64,000 bases of DNA from an uncultured Desulfobacter sp. (GTDB lineage: Bacteria; Desulfobacterota; Desulfobacteria; Desulfobacterales; Desulfobacteraceae): contig OY762069.1 of assembly GCA_963665095.1 (NCBI GenBank), positions 4,448,001 through 4,512,000 on the forward strand, read 5' to 3'. The notes beneath the pieces were generated by a model. That model did no database searches and was not told where the DNA came from. It saw nothing but the letters and a program-made list of their open reading frames with translations. A program made the position numbers and the translations under genes. Shown here one piece after another: positions 48,344 to 58,539 of this stretch. Numbering within the stretch: position 1 is the stretch's first letter; the number at the start of each line of letters is the position of its first letter.

Positions 48344-49491
48344 TGGGCAACCTCGCTGGTTCTGACCTTCTGGCCTTCCAGAAGTTTATGAACGCCGGCT
48401 ACGGCAATCTCATCGCCGGCGGAAAGGCCTTCAACCACCTGGATGGTCTCTCCATGCCCGGCCTGTCCCAGACGGATTTTGCAAAGGGTTGCCCTGTTGT
48501 CCTGAATGACCCAGACCATGGGATCATCCCCGGTCTGATACACGGCGGAAAGCGGGATAAAGATCTGCTGGCCCGCCTCTTTATGCATTGTGCTGACAGC
48601 AGATGCAGTCATGCCCAGCCGCACGGTATCCGGGGGATCAGTCAACGTAATCCGTGTCTTGTAAGTCCGGGTGACAGGATCGGCCACCGGGGAGATATAT
48701 CGGACCTCGCCCTGAACTTCCACGCCGTCAAGCGCCCAGAAAGTGACATGAAACCGGGTGCCGGGGCTGAATTCACCCACCTGGTTCTCCGGCACAAAAA
48801 TTTCCACTTCCCGCTCAGCACCTGTGGCCATAATGACCACGGGTTGCCCGGCCGCCACCACCTGACCGGTTTCAGCCCGGACATCCAGGACCACGCCGGT
48901 ATCGTCGGCTGTCAAATCGCAATATGCCAGCTGGTTTGAGGTCCGGGTCAGCTGGGCCCGGGCCTGCTTTAAGACGGCTGCTGAGGAATCATAGGCGTTC
49001 TGGTACCGGTCGATCTCCGCTTTGCTCATATAATCCTGCTTATAAAGGGTTTTAAACCGTTTCAGCAGGTCTGCGGCCAGTTTATACTGGCTTTGGGCAG
49101 CTTCCACCTGGGCTTTGGCTGCTGTCACAGCCTCTTTAATATCCTTGGGGTCCACCTGCATGAGTATCTCCCCTTTTTTCACCATGGTGCCTGCCTCCAC
49201 ACGTCTGGCAACCACCTTGCCCGGAACCCGGAACCCAAGGGCTGTTTCATAACGGCCCCTGACCTCCCCGGAGAAGAGATGGATTTGACGGTCACCGGCC
49301 GGAGAAATGGTCATGCTGCTGACAAGAGGAGGTGTTTCCGGATCCGCCTTTTTGCTGTCATGATCCAATGGATTTTTACATCCGGCCACTGCAAAGAGGG
49401 CGGCAAGACAGATAGCAGCAGCTATCTTAAAACGCGTTTTGCCGGGTTGGCTGGTGCGGCTCATCTGATTTGTCTGATCCATCTGATCCAT
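48340..49491 (-). CDS. RND periplasmic adaptor (MFP) lipoprotein
   Basis: Lipobox VAGC, FRVPGKV, ADPVTRTY, EGLSAGD. Confidence 0.94.
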   Translation of the reverse strand: MDQMDQTNQMSRTSQPGKTRFKIAAAICLAALFAVAGCKNPLDHDSKKADPETPPLVSSMTISPAGDRQIHLFSGEVRGRYETALGFRVPGKVVARRVEAGTMVKKGEILMQVDPKDIKEAVTAAKAQVEAAQSQYKLAADLLKRFKTLYKQDYMSKAEIDRYQNAYDSSAAVLKQARAQLTRTSNQLAYCDLTADDTGVVLDVRAETGQVVAAGQPVVIMATGAEREVEIFVPENQVGEFSPGTRFHVTFWALDGVEVQGEVRYISPVADPVTRTYKTRITLTDPPDTVRLGMTASAVSTMHKEAGQQIFIPLSAVYQTGDDPMVWVIQDNRATLCKIRLGQAGHGETIQVVEGLSAGDEIAVAGVHKLLEGQKVRTSEVAQ

Positions 49492-49497
49492 TTGGGG

Positions 49498-50856
49498 CTA
49501 CTCCTTTCCCATGGCGCGTTCCAGTTCGGAGATCGCAATGTTGTACATGCTTACAGCATGTATATGATTGGTTTTTGCCCGGGTCAGGGCCACTTCTGCA
49601 TCCAGGCGTTCAAGGGAGGTGCTCAGACCCACCTTGTAGCGGGTCCGTGCCGCATCCAGGGTTTCCTGGGCTGTGTCCAGGGATTTCTCCGCCACCGCAA
49701 TGGATTCCCGGGCGGCCTGGGCATTGTGAAACGCCTTTTCCACCTGAAGACGAATGCCCCGGACCAGCTGCTTTTCCGCGGTCTGTGCCTTTTCAAGCTG
49801 GCGTAGGGCCTGGGCCCGTTTATGGTGGGTCCGGCCACCGTCAAAAAGATCCACGCTGGCCACAATACCGATCTGGGCAGAGGGATCCTCATTTTCAGGT
49901 TCATAATGGTGGGCTTCCCCCACCAGGGCCAGGGTGGGCAGATAATCACTTTCAGCAATGGCAATCTGCTCTTTTGCCATTCGAATTTGAGCCTTCACAG
50001 CCCCTATTTCCGGACGGTTTTTCAAAGCAGCCTGAATAGAGGCGTCAAGATCCTGTGTCAAAGACAGAAGGCCGGGTGTTTCATCAAAAGTGAACCGGGT
50101 ATCCATATCCACGCCTAAAACATAGTTCAGCGAGGTCTGTGCCAGATCCACGTTGTTGTGGGCATAAAGCTGCTGCTGCCTGAGATCGGCCAGTTTCTCT
50201 TCGGCCCTGAGCAGGTCTATCCGGGGAACGATTTTCTGGTCATGGTAGGCCCGGGCCTCTTTGGCATGTTCGGTCATACTTTGGACCGCCTCATCCATGG
50301 TTCCGGCCATCTGCCTTGCAAGGATCACGGTATAAAAGGCTTTTCTGGCATCCAGGGCCAGATCGTTGTCTGATGTATTCAAATCTTTCCGGGACCTTTC
50401 CAGATTGGCCTGGGCCAGGCGCCGTGTGGCGGTCAGTTTATTGCCCGTATATAAAGGCTGGGTCAGTTTTACCAGGCCGCCGTAATAGGTCCGGCTGTCA
50501 CTGGGCAGATCCTGTTCCGGCACCTGTCCGCCTGTCATGGAAGATAAAAGGTTGTTCAGCTTCACAAGCCCCTGGTTTGTCTGCACCATGCTTGGCTGGT
50601 CATTATACCGGTAGACACCGCCCTGAAGGGTCAGGGTGGGCCAGAATTCAGCCTTGGCCCGGGACAGGCCTTCATCGGCGATATCCACATCCTTGGCAGC
50701 CATGCGCCGCTGCAGACTGTTTTCAAGGGCGATCTGAACCGCTTTTGCTACGGTCAGCGGCTGGTCAGCCCTGGAAATCCCTGCTGACACGGCCAGAGTC
50801 AGACCGATGGAAATAATAGGAAAAACAACCCAGGTCATTATCTTGGTTTTTTTCAT
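49498..50856 (-). CDS. TolC family outer membrane efflux protein
   Basis: Signal peptide, LTQPLYTG, DLFDGG, RYKVGLST.LE..DAE; RBS AAGAGG before MKKTK. Confidence 0.93.
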   Translation of the reverse strand: MKKTKIMTWVVFPIISIGLTLAVSAGISRADQPLTVAKAVQIALENSLQRRMAAKDVDIADEGLSRAKAEFWPTLTLQGGVYRYNDQPSMVQTNQGLVKLNNLLSSMTGGQVPEQDLPSDSRTYYGGLVKLTQPLYTGNKLTATRRLAQANLERSRKDLNTSDNDLALDARKAFYTVILARQMAGTMDEAVQSMTEHAKEARAYHDQKIVPRIDLLRAEEKLADLRQQQLYAHNNVDLAQTSLNYVLGVDMDTRFTFDETPGLLSLTQDLDASIQAALKNRPEIGAVKAQIRMAKEQIAIAESDYLPTLALVGEAHHYEPENEDPSAQIGIVASVDLFDGGRTHHKRAQALRQLEKAQTAEKQLVRGIRLQVEKAFHNAQAARESIAVAEKSLDTAQETLDAARTRYKVGLSTSLERLDAEVALTRAKTNHIHAVSMYNIAISELERAMGKE

Positions 50857-50902
50857 GGGAAACCTCTTATGGGTCAACAATGCGAATCCTCTTTTATCCA
50901 TT

Positions 50903-51571
50903 TTAAAAATCACCGCCCCTGGGCAGTTCTTCCGCCCGGGGTGCTAAACTGGCAAGTATCAGCCGCTGAACTTCGGGCAGCAGACGATCAAAGCCTTTGC
51001 TGGCCGACGGCGTTTCCAGCGCTTCAAATGCCGCCTGAATCTCGTTTTTTACCGGCAGACACAGGTAGTGCAGGATCAGCGTGCCGATGACCATGGTATG
51101 GACAGCCAGGGGATCTGTCTTAATAAACAGCCCTTTTTCCACGCCTTCATCAATAATGGCCTGAACAATATTAAAGGTCACACTGACCTCTTCAAAGATC
51201 ACCTGCCCGAAATTGCTCCACCCGGAAACCATTTCCCGTATCATGATTTTTGTGAAATGGGGGTGGGTCTCCATGATGGCGGCCACCGCAGCGATATAGG
51301 TGCGCAATTTTTCCTCAGGCGTTTTTTGGGACTGGATCATCTGCCGGAGCTGTTCCGCCCGGTCACTGTAAATGTCATGAATCACTGCCTGGTAAAGGGC
51401 CAGCTTATTGCCGATGCGATAATAGATCATGGCTTTGTTCACCCCGGCCCTGCGGGCGATCTCATCAATCCGTGCACCGTTAAATCCCTTGTCGGCAAAA
51501 ATATGAAGCGCTGCATCCAGAATTTTACGAATGGACAGATCCCGTTTATCCTCTCTTATGGTTTCGGCCAT
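50903..51571 (-). CDS. TetR/AcrR family regulator
   Basis: ILDAALHIFADKGFNGARIDEIARRAGVNKAMIYY. Confidence 0.95.
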   Translation of the reverse strand: MAETIREDKRDLSIRKILDAALHIFADKGFNGARIDEIARRAGVNKAMIYYRIGNKLALYQAVIHDIYSDRAEQLRQMIQSQKTPEEKLRTYIAAVAAIMETHPHFTKIMIREMVSGWSNFGQVIFEEVSVTFNIVQAIIDEGVEKGLFIKTDPLAVHTMVIGTLILHYLCLPVKNEIQAAFEALETPSASKGFDRLLPEVQRLILASLAPRAEELPRGGDF

Positions 51572-51625
51572 AGTCTTTGTTCCTTCCGCCCGATTGATCC
51601 CGGCCTGTTTTGGGCAACCAAAAAA

Positions 51626-51660
51626 TTTAACTGTACGTTTAAAATAAACAGTTGGTTTAA
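51626..51660. promoter_or_regulatory. Tandem imperfect palindromes, probable TetR operator
   Basis: TTAACTGTACGTTTAA and TAAACAGTTGGTTTAA upstream of tetR. Confidence 0.5.
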
Positions 51661-51780
51661 TTTTGTCGAGGGGGGATTGAAAGTTTTTTTAATCAGGATA
51701 TGAAAATAAGGGGAATGAGTAATTTGCAGCCGGGATTATAAGGCCTGGTGTTTTTACAGGCCTAACCCCGGCACTGGCAT

Positions 51781-52845
51781 TTAAAACGGCTCGACTTTGG
51801 GCAGCACATCCTTGAAAACAACGCCGTAAATATCCCAGATGGTGACGAACAAGGCGGCGATAATCGGACCAATGATGATACCGATGATGCCAAACATGGA
51901 GATCCCCCCCAGGGTGGAAAACAGAATGAGAAGATCGTGCATCTCCGTGTCCTTGCCCACAAGCCTGGGTCGCAGAAGATTGTCCACGCTTCCCACCACC
52001 AGTCCGCAGACAACAACAAGGATACCGGCCTTAACCCAGTACCCCTGGACCGCCAGCCAGAATGCTGCCGGTATCCAGATCAGGGCTGTGCCAATGCCCG
52101 GGATAATGGAAAGGACCGTCATCACGGCCCCCCAGAACACCGAACTGTGAATCCCCACAACAGCAAAGGCAATGCCCGAGGCGCCCCCCTGGATGATACC
52201 AATGATGGCGGTTCCTTTGATAGTGGCCCGGGCCACCGAGGTAAACCGGTCCAGAAGCCGGCGTTCGTCCCTGTCGTTCAGCGGCATATAAAATAGAATT
52301 TTTTCCAGCAGCTTATGCCCGTCGATGAGAAAAAAGAACATGGCATACAGTAAAATGGCCACCGTAAATATAAAATTCATTGTCCCCATGGTGGCGGCCT
52401 GCAGCCCGTTGACAAAAAACTGGCTTGCCGTTGCCACCAGTTGTCCCGCTTTTTTGTAAATGGTCTCTCTGTAAGGCTCAACATGTTCATAAAAGGGAAG
52501 GTCTTCCAGCCACTGGGAAATGGCCACCGGCGATTCCAGCTGTTTCTGAACCCAGGGCGTTGCCGTCTGCCCCACCTTGATGGCCTGGGAAGTGACAATG
52601 CCTAAAAGCCCGCTGGACGGAAGCAGCACAATAAGGATAATAATCAGAATGGTTGCCCCGGATGCCAGGGATTTTCTGTCTTTCAGCCATTTGCAGAGCC
52701 GCAGATACAGCGGATGGGCCAGGGAGGAAAAAATGCCGGCCAGAAGGATGGCCATGAGAAAGGATTTGATCATCACAAGAAAAATTGCTGAAATAAAAAA
52801 TACCAGCAGTAATAAAAAAGAGGGGTGGATCAGGTCACGATTCAT
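51781..52845 (-). CDS. AI-2E family transporter
   Basis: FFFLIDG, IPGIGTALIWIP, DNLLRPRLVG, GIIIGPII; RBS AGGAGG before MNRD. Confidence 0.92.
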   Translation of the reverse strand: MNRDLIHPSFLLLLVFFISAIFLVMIKSFLMAILLAGIFSSLAHPLYLRLCKWLKDRKSLASGATILIIILIVLLPSSGLLGIVTSQAIKVGQTATPWVQKQLESPVAISQWLEDLPFYEHVEPYRETIYKKAGQLVATASQFFVNGLQAATMGTMNFIFTVAILLYAMFFFLIDGHKLLEKILFYMPLNDRDERRLLDRFTSVARATIKGTAIIGIIQGGASGIAFAVVGIHSSVFWGAVMTVLSIIPGIGTALIWIPAAFWLAVQGYWVKAGILVVVCGLVVGSVDNLLRPRLVGKDTEMHDLLILFSTLGGISMFGIIGIIIGPIIAALFVTIWDIYGVVFKDVLPKVEPF

Positions 52846-52939
52846 GGCAAACGGCCTCCTGGATAATTTTTTTTGCAGTCTACCTGATTTGACGCAGGGT
52901 TTCAATCTCCTGATCTGCAAGGATTTTGTAAAAACTCCA

Positions 52940-53491
52940 TTAGAATTTGCAATGATGACAGATAAAACCGGCAATGGAAGCAATGTTATCCAGGGCAAGC
53001 AGGCCGGGGAGGGGTTCCTTTGTGTTCTCGGGGGGGGTGTCGCACACCAGGGCGCAGACACCTTTGAGGTTCGTATATAAAGGGGATTTTTCTATGCTTT
53101 GCCGCCAGATTTCTATTTTAGGATATGGTCCTGAAATCCAGCCCTCAATAAGGACAATATCTGCATGCCGGTAATAGGTCCGGATCAGATTGCCAGGCCG
53201 TGTATTTTCAGATGCCGGCAGATACAGGGCTGCCATTTTAGAATTGACCATGGCAGCCGGGACAGCGCCTGCATTCCGGTGCACATGGGAATCCTTGCCG
53301 GGTTTATCCAGCTCATAGGCGTGGCTGGAGTGTTTCAGGGTTCCCACAGCCAGGCCGTCCCGGGTAAAATGGCTCACCAGGGCGGCCACCAGGGTGGTTT
53401 TACCGGCACCGGGCTGGCCAATGATCTGAACAATAATTTGATCTCTGGTTGGAATTTGCTCTGTATTCGTCGTGTGTATTGGGGTCGGCAT
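52940..53491 (-). CDS. mobB: Molybdopterin-guanine dinucleotide biosynthesis protein B
   Basis: GQPGAGKTT, GTLKHSSH..ELDKPGKDS..H..AGA, DIVLIEG. Confidence 0.88.
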   Translation of the reverse strand: MPTPIHTTNTEQIPTRDQIIVQIIGQPGAGKTTLVAALVSHFTRDGLAVGTLKHSSHAYELDKPGKDSHVHRNAGAVPAAMVNSKMAALYLPASENTRPGNLIRTYYRHADIVLIEGWISGPYPKIEIWRQSIEKSPLYTNLKGVCALVCDTPPENTKEPLPGLLALDNIASIAGFICHHCKF

Positions 53492-53504
53492 GGGCAGCCC
53501 TGGT

Positions 53505-54566
53505 TTAACTGCTTTTACCAAAAGAACAGTCCGGGAAGCGGCAGGTCTTGCAGTTTAGACACAGCCCGCCATGGCACAGGCTGGCCAGTTCCCTTTTTCC
53601 AGGGCGCTCCCCTGCCATGACCCGGGGAAGAATGAGGTCAAAAATGGTGGCCCGGTGGTACAGGCCACAGGCCGGAAGTCCCATGATCGCCGTCTGGGGG
53701 GTATATCCCAGAAGGAACATGGCACCGGGAAGGACTGCGGATGAATAGTGTGTTTCATCAAACCCGGCCGCCTCAATGGATTCCTTTGTCACATCGTCCG
53801 GATCCACGGACATGCCGCCGGTGGTGATGATCAGATCCGTGCCTTTAGCTATGTATTCCCGGATCTTTTCAGTAATTCTCTGTTTATCATCAGGCAGAAT
53901 GCAGACCTCCTGAATACTGGCTCCCAGATCCCCCACTTTTTCCTCGATAATGGCCTGGAAACGATCCTGGATCAGGCCTGTGTACACCTCGTTGCCCACA
54001 ATTATCAGGCGGATGGTCATGGGGTTAAAAACACTGACGGAAAAAATGGGGAAGGCCTGCTTTGCAAATGCCACGGCCTCATCCAGATGCTGACGGCTGA
54101 TCACCAGGGGAATGGCCCGGGTGGCAGCCAGGGCATGGCCTTTTGTAACGGCTGTATTTGTATGAATACTGGCGCACATGACGTCCGCCAGCATGTTGAA
54201 CCGGGTCAATGCTGCCACATTTACCCGGAAAAGGCCCGGATAGGCAGCCGTAAGTTCCAGCTTGCCCTCATGGGGCGTTGCGGAAAACACCACCCCGGGG
54301 CCAGCCAAAGCGGATGCCAGTTCAAGCACGGCGTCATCTTCATGCACATCACAGGTTTCATCCAGATCCAGAACATAGAGATTGTTCTTTCCCATGCGCA
54401 TTAACCGGCAGATATCCCCGGCCTGGACCCGGTGTCCCTTTTTAAAGGCCGGTCCCTTTGATTCTCCAGGAATAATTTCGGTCATATCATGGGCAATGGT
54501 CAAGCCCTGGGCATCCTGGACAGGAATGGTTTTAAACGGCTGCTTTGCTTCTTTCACTGTTTTCAT
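53505..54566 (-). CDS. Molybdopterin-binding (MoeA-like) protein
   Basis: AHDMTEIIPG.SKGPAFKKGH, GNEV, TGGMSVDPDD, C-terminal GGLCLNCKTCRFPDCSFGK. Confidence 0.87.
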   Translation of the reverse strand: MKTVKEAKQPFKTIPVQDAQGLTIAHDMTEIIPGESKGPAFKKGHRVQAGDICRLMRMGKNNLYVLDLDETCDVHEDDAVLELASALAGPGVVFSATPHEGKLELTAAYPGLFRVNVAALTRFNMLADVMCASIHTNTAVTKGHALAATRAIPLVISRQHLDEAVAFAKQAFPIFSVSVFNPMTIRLIIVGNEVYTGLIQDRFQAIIEEKVGDLGASIQEVCILPDDKQRITEKIREYIAKGTDLIITTGGMSVDPDDVTKESIEAAGFDETHYSSAVLPGAMFLLGYTPQTAIMGLPACGLYHRATIFDLILPRVMAGERPGKRELASLCHGGLCLNCKTCRFPDCSFGKSS

Positions 54567-55155
54567 TGGTATTCACAGGCTCAAAGTAGGATCCAAAGGC
54601 ACAGGGCCGGCACAGGATCTGGTTATTTTTACACACCTCTTTTTTATCCCTGACCACAATTCCACACCGGGCGCATACGGCTTTGAACCGTGTGGGCCCG
54701 GGCATATCAGAGGCCGGCACATCCACCTTCACTTCAGAGACAGTGAACAGTTCAGCATCCGCCATAACTTTGTAGGCTTCAAGCTGTTGCTGCCGGGGAT
54801 CCTGAATCTCGGGTTTAAGAACCGGGGCAAGATCCCTGGCTGTTTCCGTGGATACAATTCTGAAGGCAATACCGGTCTCAAGGTTCACAAAAGTGGCTGC
54901 CATGATACCGTTGTCAATAAATTTTAAAGATCTTCTGCCCAGCTTAACGCCTGTGACATAGGAGATGGCATCTGTTGCGCACCGGTCCATTTCCACATAT
55001 ACAATAATTTTTTTGATCTGGGGCAGGGTGGATGGCTCATCCAGGCCAATGAGGCGGCATCCGAGCATTGCCATGCGCACACCGATGATCTGGCCCGGAC
55101 ATAAATGGCCGTGAACCCGGGCCGACCCCTCAATCAATGAATCAAAATCATCCAT
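54532..55155 (-). CDS. FmdE family protein with C-terminal zinc finger
   Basis: HGHLCPGQIIGVRM, EMDRCATDA, CARCG...CRPC. Confidence 0.88.
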   Translation of the reverse strand: MDDFDSLIEGSARVHGHLCPGQIIGVRMAMLGCRLIGLDEPSTLPQIKKIIVYVEMDRCATDAISYVTGVKLGRRSLKFIDNGIMAATFVNLETGIAFRIVSTETARDLAPVLKPEIQDPRQQQLEAYKVMADAELFTVSEVKVDVPASDMPGPTRFKAVCARCGIVVRDKKEVCKNNQILCRPCAFGSYFEPVNTNENSERSKAAV

Positions 55156-55298
55156 TCACACATCCTTTGGGCATTCATCTGTTTGAGTTGATATTAACCT
55201 CTCTTATGCTAAATGTAGCATAAGGTCAATAATGAAATATGTTTTCATTGACATAACGCCTGGGGGCAACCCGACAAAAGCAACCCCCGTCAGCCAAT

Positions 55299-56618
55299 CT
55301 ATGAATACATCAGGTGGGGCAGGAATAGAATAATGACGGGAAAGGCAATAAGGATGACGATCCCGATGACCAGGGCAACCAGGAAAGGCGTAATCCCCTT
55401 GAAGATTTTTTCCAGGGCCACGTTATGAGACAAGACATTTCTGGCCACCCCGTACACCACGTACACGTTGATACCCACAGGGGGGGTGATGACCCCCATC
55501 TCAGTCACCATTACAATGATAATGCCAAACCAGATGGGATCATAACCCAGCTCCATGACCACAGGGAAGAAAATGGGCACCGTAAGGGTAACAAAGGCCA
55601 GGGCATCCATGAAACATCCGCCCAGAAAATAGATCAGGATAATCACGGCAATGACCAGGGCCGGGGCCATCTGAAGCCCGCTCACCCATGATGCGATTTC
55701 AAAGGGAATCCGGGTGACTGCCAGAAATTTGCCGAAAATGACAGCGCCTGTGATCAGCATCAGAACCATGCAGGAAGTGCTCAAGGTCTCCATCAGGGAT
55801 TTCACAAAACCTTTCCAGGTGAGCTGACGTTTGGCAACCGAGATCACCAGGACGCCGAATGCACCAATGGAAGCAGCTTCTGTGGGCGTAAACAATCCAT
55901 AGAAAATACCGCCCACCACCAGGGCAAAGATGATCAGGGTTTCTCCCAGCCCCAGAAGGGCTTTAAACCGGTCTGCCCAGGAGAAGCGCTCCCCGGCCGG
56001 CCCGGCATTTTTGTCCAGAAGGCAGGTAACAAAAACCGCACATATGAACAGCACAGTCACAAGAAGGGCTGGAAAAATCCCGGCCACAAAAAGCTGGCCA
56101 ATGGACTGTTCCGTAAGAATACCGTATATAATTAACACCACAGAAGGCGGCATGATCATGCCGATACCACCGCCCGATGCCACAGACCCGGTTGCCAGGG
56201 CATCGTCATAATTGAACCGCTTCATCTCCGGCAACCCTACTGTGGCCATGGTGGCTGCTGTGGCAGGGCTTGAGCCGCATACAGCCCCAAATGCCGTACA
56301 TGCGGTTACCGTCGCCATGGCAAGCCCGCCCCGTATGCCTCCCAAAAATTTATACCCGGCCGAATAGAGACGCTTGGATATACCTGAGTTAAAACCCAGC
56401 TGCCCCATGAGAATGAACAATGGAATGGTGGTCAGGTCGTAGGAGGCAAAGGTTTCATAGACATTCCTGGACAACAACACCAGGCCCGCATCCGGGCTGG
56501 CCATTAAGGAGAATCCGACAAAACCCACCAGTGCCATGACAAAGGCCACAGGCATCTGGGTCATAAACATAACAATCATGGCAGCAATGCCGACTACTCC
56601 TGCAAGAATGGGGCTCAT
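55299..56618 (-). CDS. dctM: TRAP transporter large permease (DctM)
   Basis: GSSPATAATM, MPPSVVL, FTPTEAA, ITPPVGINVYV. Confidence 0.94.
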   Translation of the reverse strand: MSPILAGVVGIAAMIVMFMTQMPVAFVMALVGFVGFSLMASPDAGLVLLSRNVYETFASYDLTTIPLFILMGQLGFNSGISKRLYSAGYKFLGGIRGGLAMATVTACTAFGAVCGSSPATAATMATVGLPEMKRFNYDDALATGSVASGGGIGMIMPPSVVLIIYGILTEQSIGQLFVAGIFPALLVTVLFICAVFVTCLLDKNAGPAGERFSWADRFKALLGLGETLIIFALVVGGIFYGLFTPTEAASIGAFGVLVISVAKRQLTWKGFVKSLMETLSTSCMVLMLITGAVIFGKFLAVTRIPFEIASWVSGLQMAPALVIAVIILIYFLGGCFMDALAFVTLTVPIFFPVVMELGYDPIWFGIIIVMVTEMGVITPPVGINVYVVYGVARNVLSHNVALEKIFKGITPFLVALVIGIVILIAFPVIILFLPHLMYS

Positions 56619-57109
56619 CTGGTGGTGCCTTTTTTTAACTGATTGACGGTATCAACGATCTGCTGGAGGATGGTTCCTGAAAAAAAAGCCAGGCTTACCG
56701 CCAGAACAAGGACAATATAATGGAGGGGAAATTCAAGGTTCATGGAAACTTCATTTGCCTGCTGCATGTCTTTGGCATAAACAAACATCTGCCAGGCAAT
56801 CAGAGAGAAAAGGATCAGCGTTAAAGAACGGGTCAACAAATCCAGCACCAGACGGGTTTTCCGGGGCAGAAGCCGGGTAATGATTTCCACGCCCACATGC
56901 CCTCCGATTTTATAGGTATGAGGCATGGCCGCAGCAGCTACAGCAACCGCCAGGAAGCCCACAAGTTCTACAGATCCGAATATGGGGTGTTTGAAAAACC
57001 GGCCGGCGACATCAGCCACTGTAATGAGCATCATCAGAGTCAGCGCCAGAGCACCGGCGGATCGAAGCAGGTTAGAAACAAAGTTTAAAAAGCGATTCAA
57101 CAATTTCAT
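56615..57109 (-). CDS. dctQ: TRAP transporter small permease (DctQ)
   Basis: DVAGRFF.HPIFGSVEL, GHVGVEII; four TM helices. Confidence 0.92.
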   Translation of the reverse strand: MKLLNRFLNFVSNLLRSAGALALTLMMLITVADVAGRFFKHPIFGSVELVGFLAVAVAAAAMPHTYKIGGHVGVEIITRLLPRKTRLVLDLLTRSLTLILFSLIAWQMFVYAKDMQQANEVSMNLEFPLHYIVLVLAVSLAFFSGTILQQIVDTVNQLKKGTTR

Positions 57110-57152
57110 TTAACACCCTGTTATCTGGATGGACATAAGTTATAAAAAAATT

Positions 57153-57189
57153 GGAAAGAATTCGTCAGATAACCTGACGAATTCTTTCC
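57153..57189 (-). terminator. Hairpin between dctP and dctQ
   Basis: GGAAAGAATTCGTCAG-ATAAC-CTGACGAATTCTTTCC followed by a T run on the minus strand. Confidence 0.65.
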
Positions 57190-57223
57190 GGAAACAAGTG
57201 CGTTGGATATTTATCTACGTGGT

Positions 57224-58216
57224 CTACATATTGGATTTTATAAAGTCTACAACGGCTTTGCCGTCCACGCCTTTTTTGGATACTTTTTCAATATATGCGG
57301 AAATAACCGGTTGAATTGCCTTCTGCCATTTTTCAGCCTCTTCATCCGACTGGGTAATCACTGTGCCGCCTTTCTCCTTGAAAAACGCCATGCCCTCTTT
57401 GTCGGATTCGTCCCATGCATTTGCATGTTTGCCGGCCCACTCCTGATTGACAGCCACAATTATACTCTGCTGCTCAGGCGTCAGTTTAGCCCATTGTCTT
57501 TTATTCATAAACACGGCAAAGGTGGTGGTGTAGGCGGTGGAAAAGTTCTGGGTCATGTATTTGACCACTTCACCCAGCTTCCAGCCCTTATTGGATTCAA
57601 TGGGATGACAGGAGCCGTCCACCACGCCTTTTTGCAGCATCTGGTAGCACTCCCGCATACTTTTTCCCACTGGAGACGCGCCCAGGGCAGCCATAACCAG
57701 GCCACTGGTTCCCGTGCTCCTTATTTTCAGGCCTTTAAGATCATCAAGGGTATTAATGGCCTTGTCACGGGTGTGAATCAGCCCCGGCCCATGGGCATGA
57801 AAAAACATGATCTGGGTATCTTTGAACTCTTTGGGTTTAAACTTGTTGTACATGGCATTGGCCACAGCCGTAGCCTGAACCCCGGAGTGGTAGCCCATGG
57901 GCAGGTCAATGGCTTCTGCCACAGGAAACCGTCCCCTGGAATATCCCAAAGCCGTCATGCCGATATCGGCAATACCCTGAACCACCCCATCGTAGGTCTG
58001 GGGGGCTTTGGTCAGGGTGGAGGCAGGGAAATATTCAAAGGTCACCTCCCCTCCGGTCCTTTTCTCAACTTCCTTACACCAGCTTTCAGCCAGCTGGCTT
58101 TGAATATGGGTGGGCGGAAAGAAATTGGAGTACCGCAATGTGGTTTTTGCCTCCAGATGGGGTGCCCAGGAAAGACACAGCAACAAAAGGATCAGTAAAA
58201 CAGGCCATTTTTTCAT
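57224..58216 (-). CDS. dctP: TRAP transporter substrate-binding protein (DctP family)
   Basis: Signal peptide, FFPPTH, GRFP, DLKGLKIRS, LQKGVVDG; RBS GGAGG. Confidence 0.93.
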   Translation of the reverse strand: MKKWPVLLILLLLCLSWAPHLEAKTTLRYSNFFPPTHIQSQLAESWCKEVEKRTGGEVTFEYFPASTLTKAPQTYDGVVQGIADIGMTALGYSRGRFPVAEAIDLPMGYHSGVQATAVANAMYNKFKPKEFKDTQIMFFHAHGPGLIHTRDKAINTLDDLKGLKIRSTGTSGLVMAALGASPVGKSMRECYQMLQKGVVDGSCHPIESNKGWKLGEVVKYMTQNFSTAYTTTFAVFMNKRQWAKLTPEQQSIIVAVNQEWAGKHANAWDESDKEGMAFFKEKGGTVITQSDEEAEKWQKAIQPVISAYIEKVSKKGVDGKAVVDFIKSNM

Positions 58217-58539
58217 GAATGCCTCCATTAAATGTGATTATAATATAACTATATATAAGCTTAAAACGTCTCCTTATCTTATCCAAGCAAGACCATGTGT
58301 CAAGCAAAAAAACGCCCGACTGGCGGGCTTCCTGGCTAAATTTAGTTGCACCATCAACCATGCATCATTAAAAGGTTCTGACTTTTATGTCCCGGCAATT
58401 ATCTGTTCAACAGATAAGCTTGATTAAAGCTAAATATTAGCTTCAGTTTACCAAAACAAACTCCCACCCAAGGAAGAAAAAATTTTTTTTCATGAAAATT
58501 TGGTAGAAACTGGCGTTCATTGCACCGTCAACCATAACC

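Noticed and set aside
45236..51703. Many + strand ORFs of 60-364 aa over the RND operon
   Set aside because: GC-rich antisense frames of well-supported minus-strand genes
57203..58198. 331-aa + strand ORF
   Set aside because: Antisense to dctP over almost its whole length; His/Phe-rich composition typical of shadow frames
58348..58535. Direct repeat TTGCACC(A/G)TCAACCAT about 170 bp apart
   Set aside because: Only two short copies with no supporting context; cannot distinguish an operator from a local duplication
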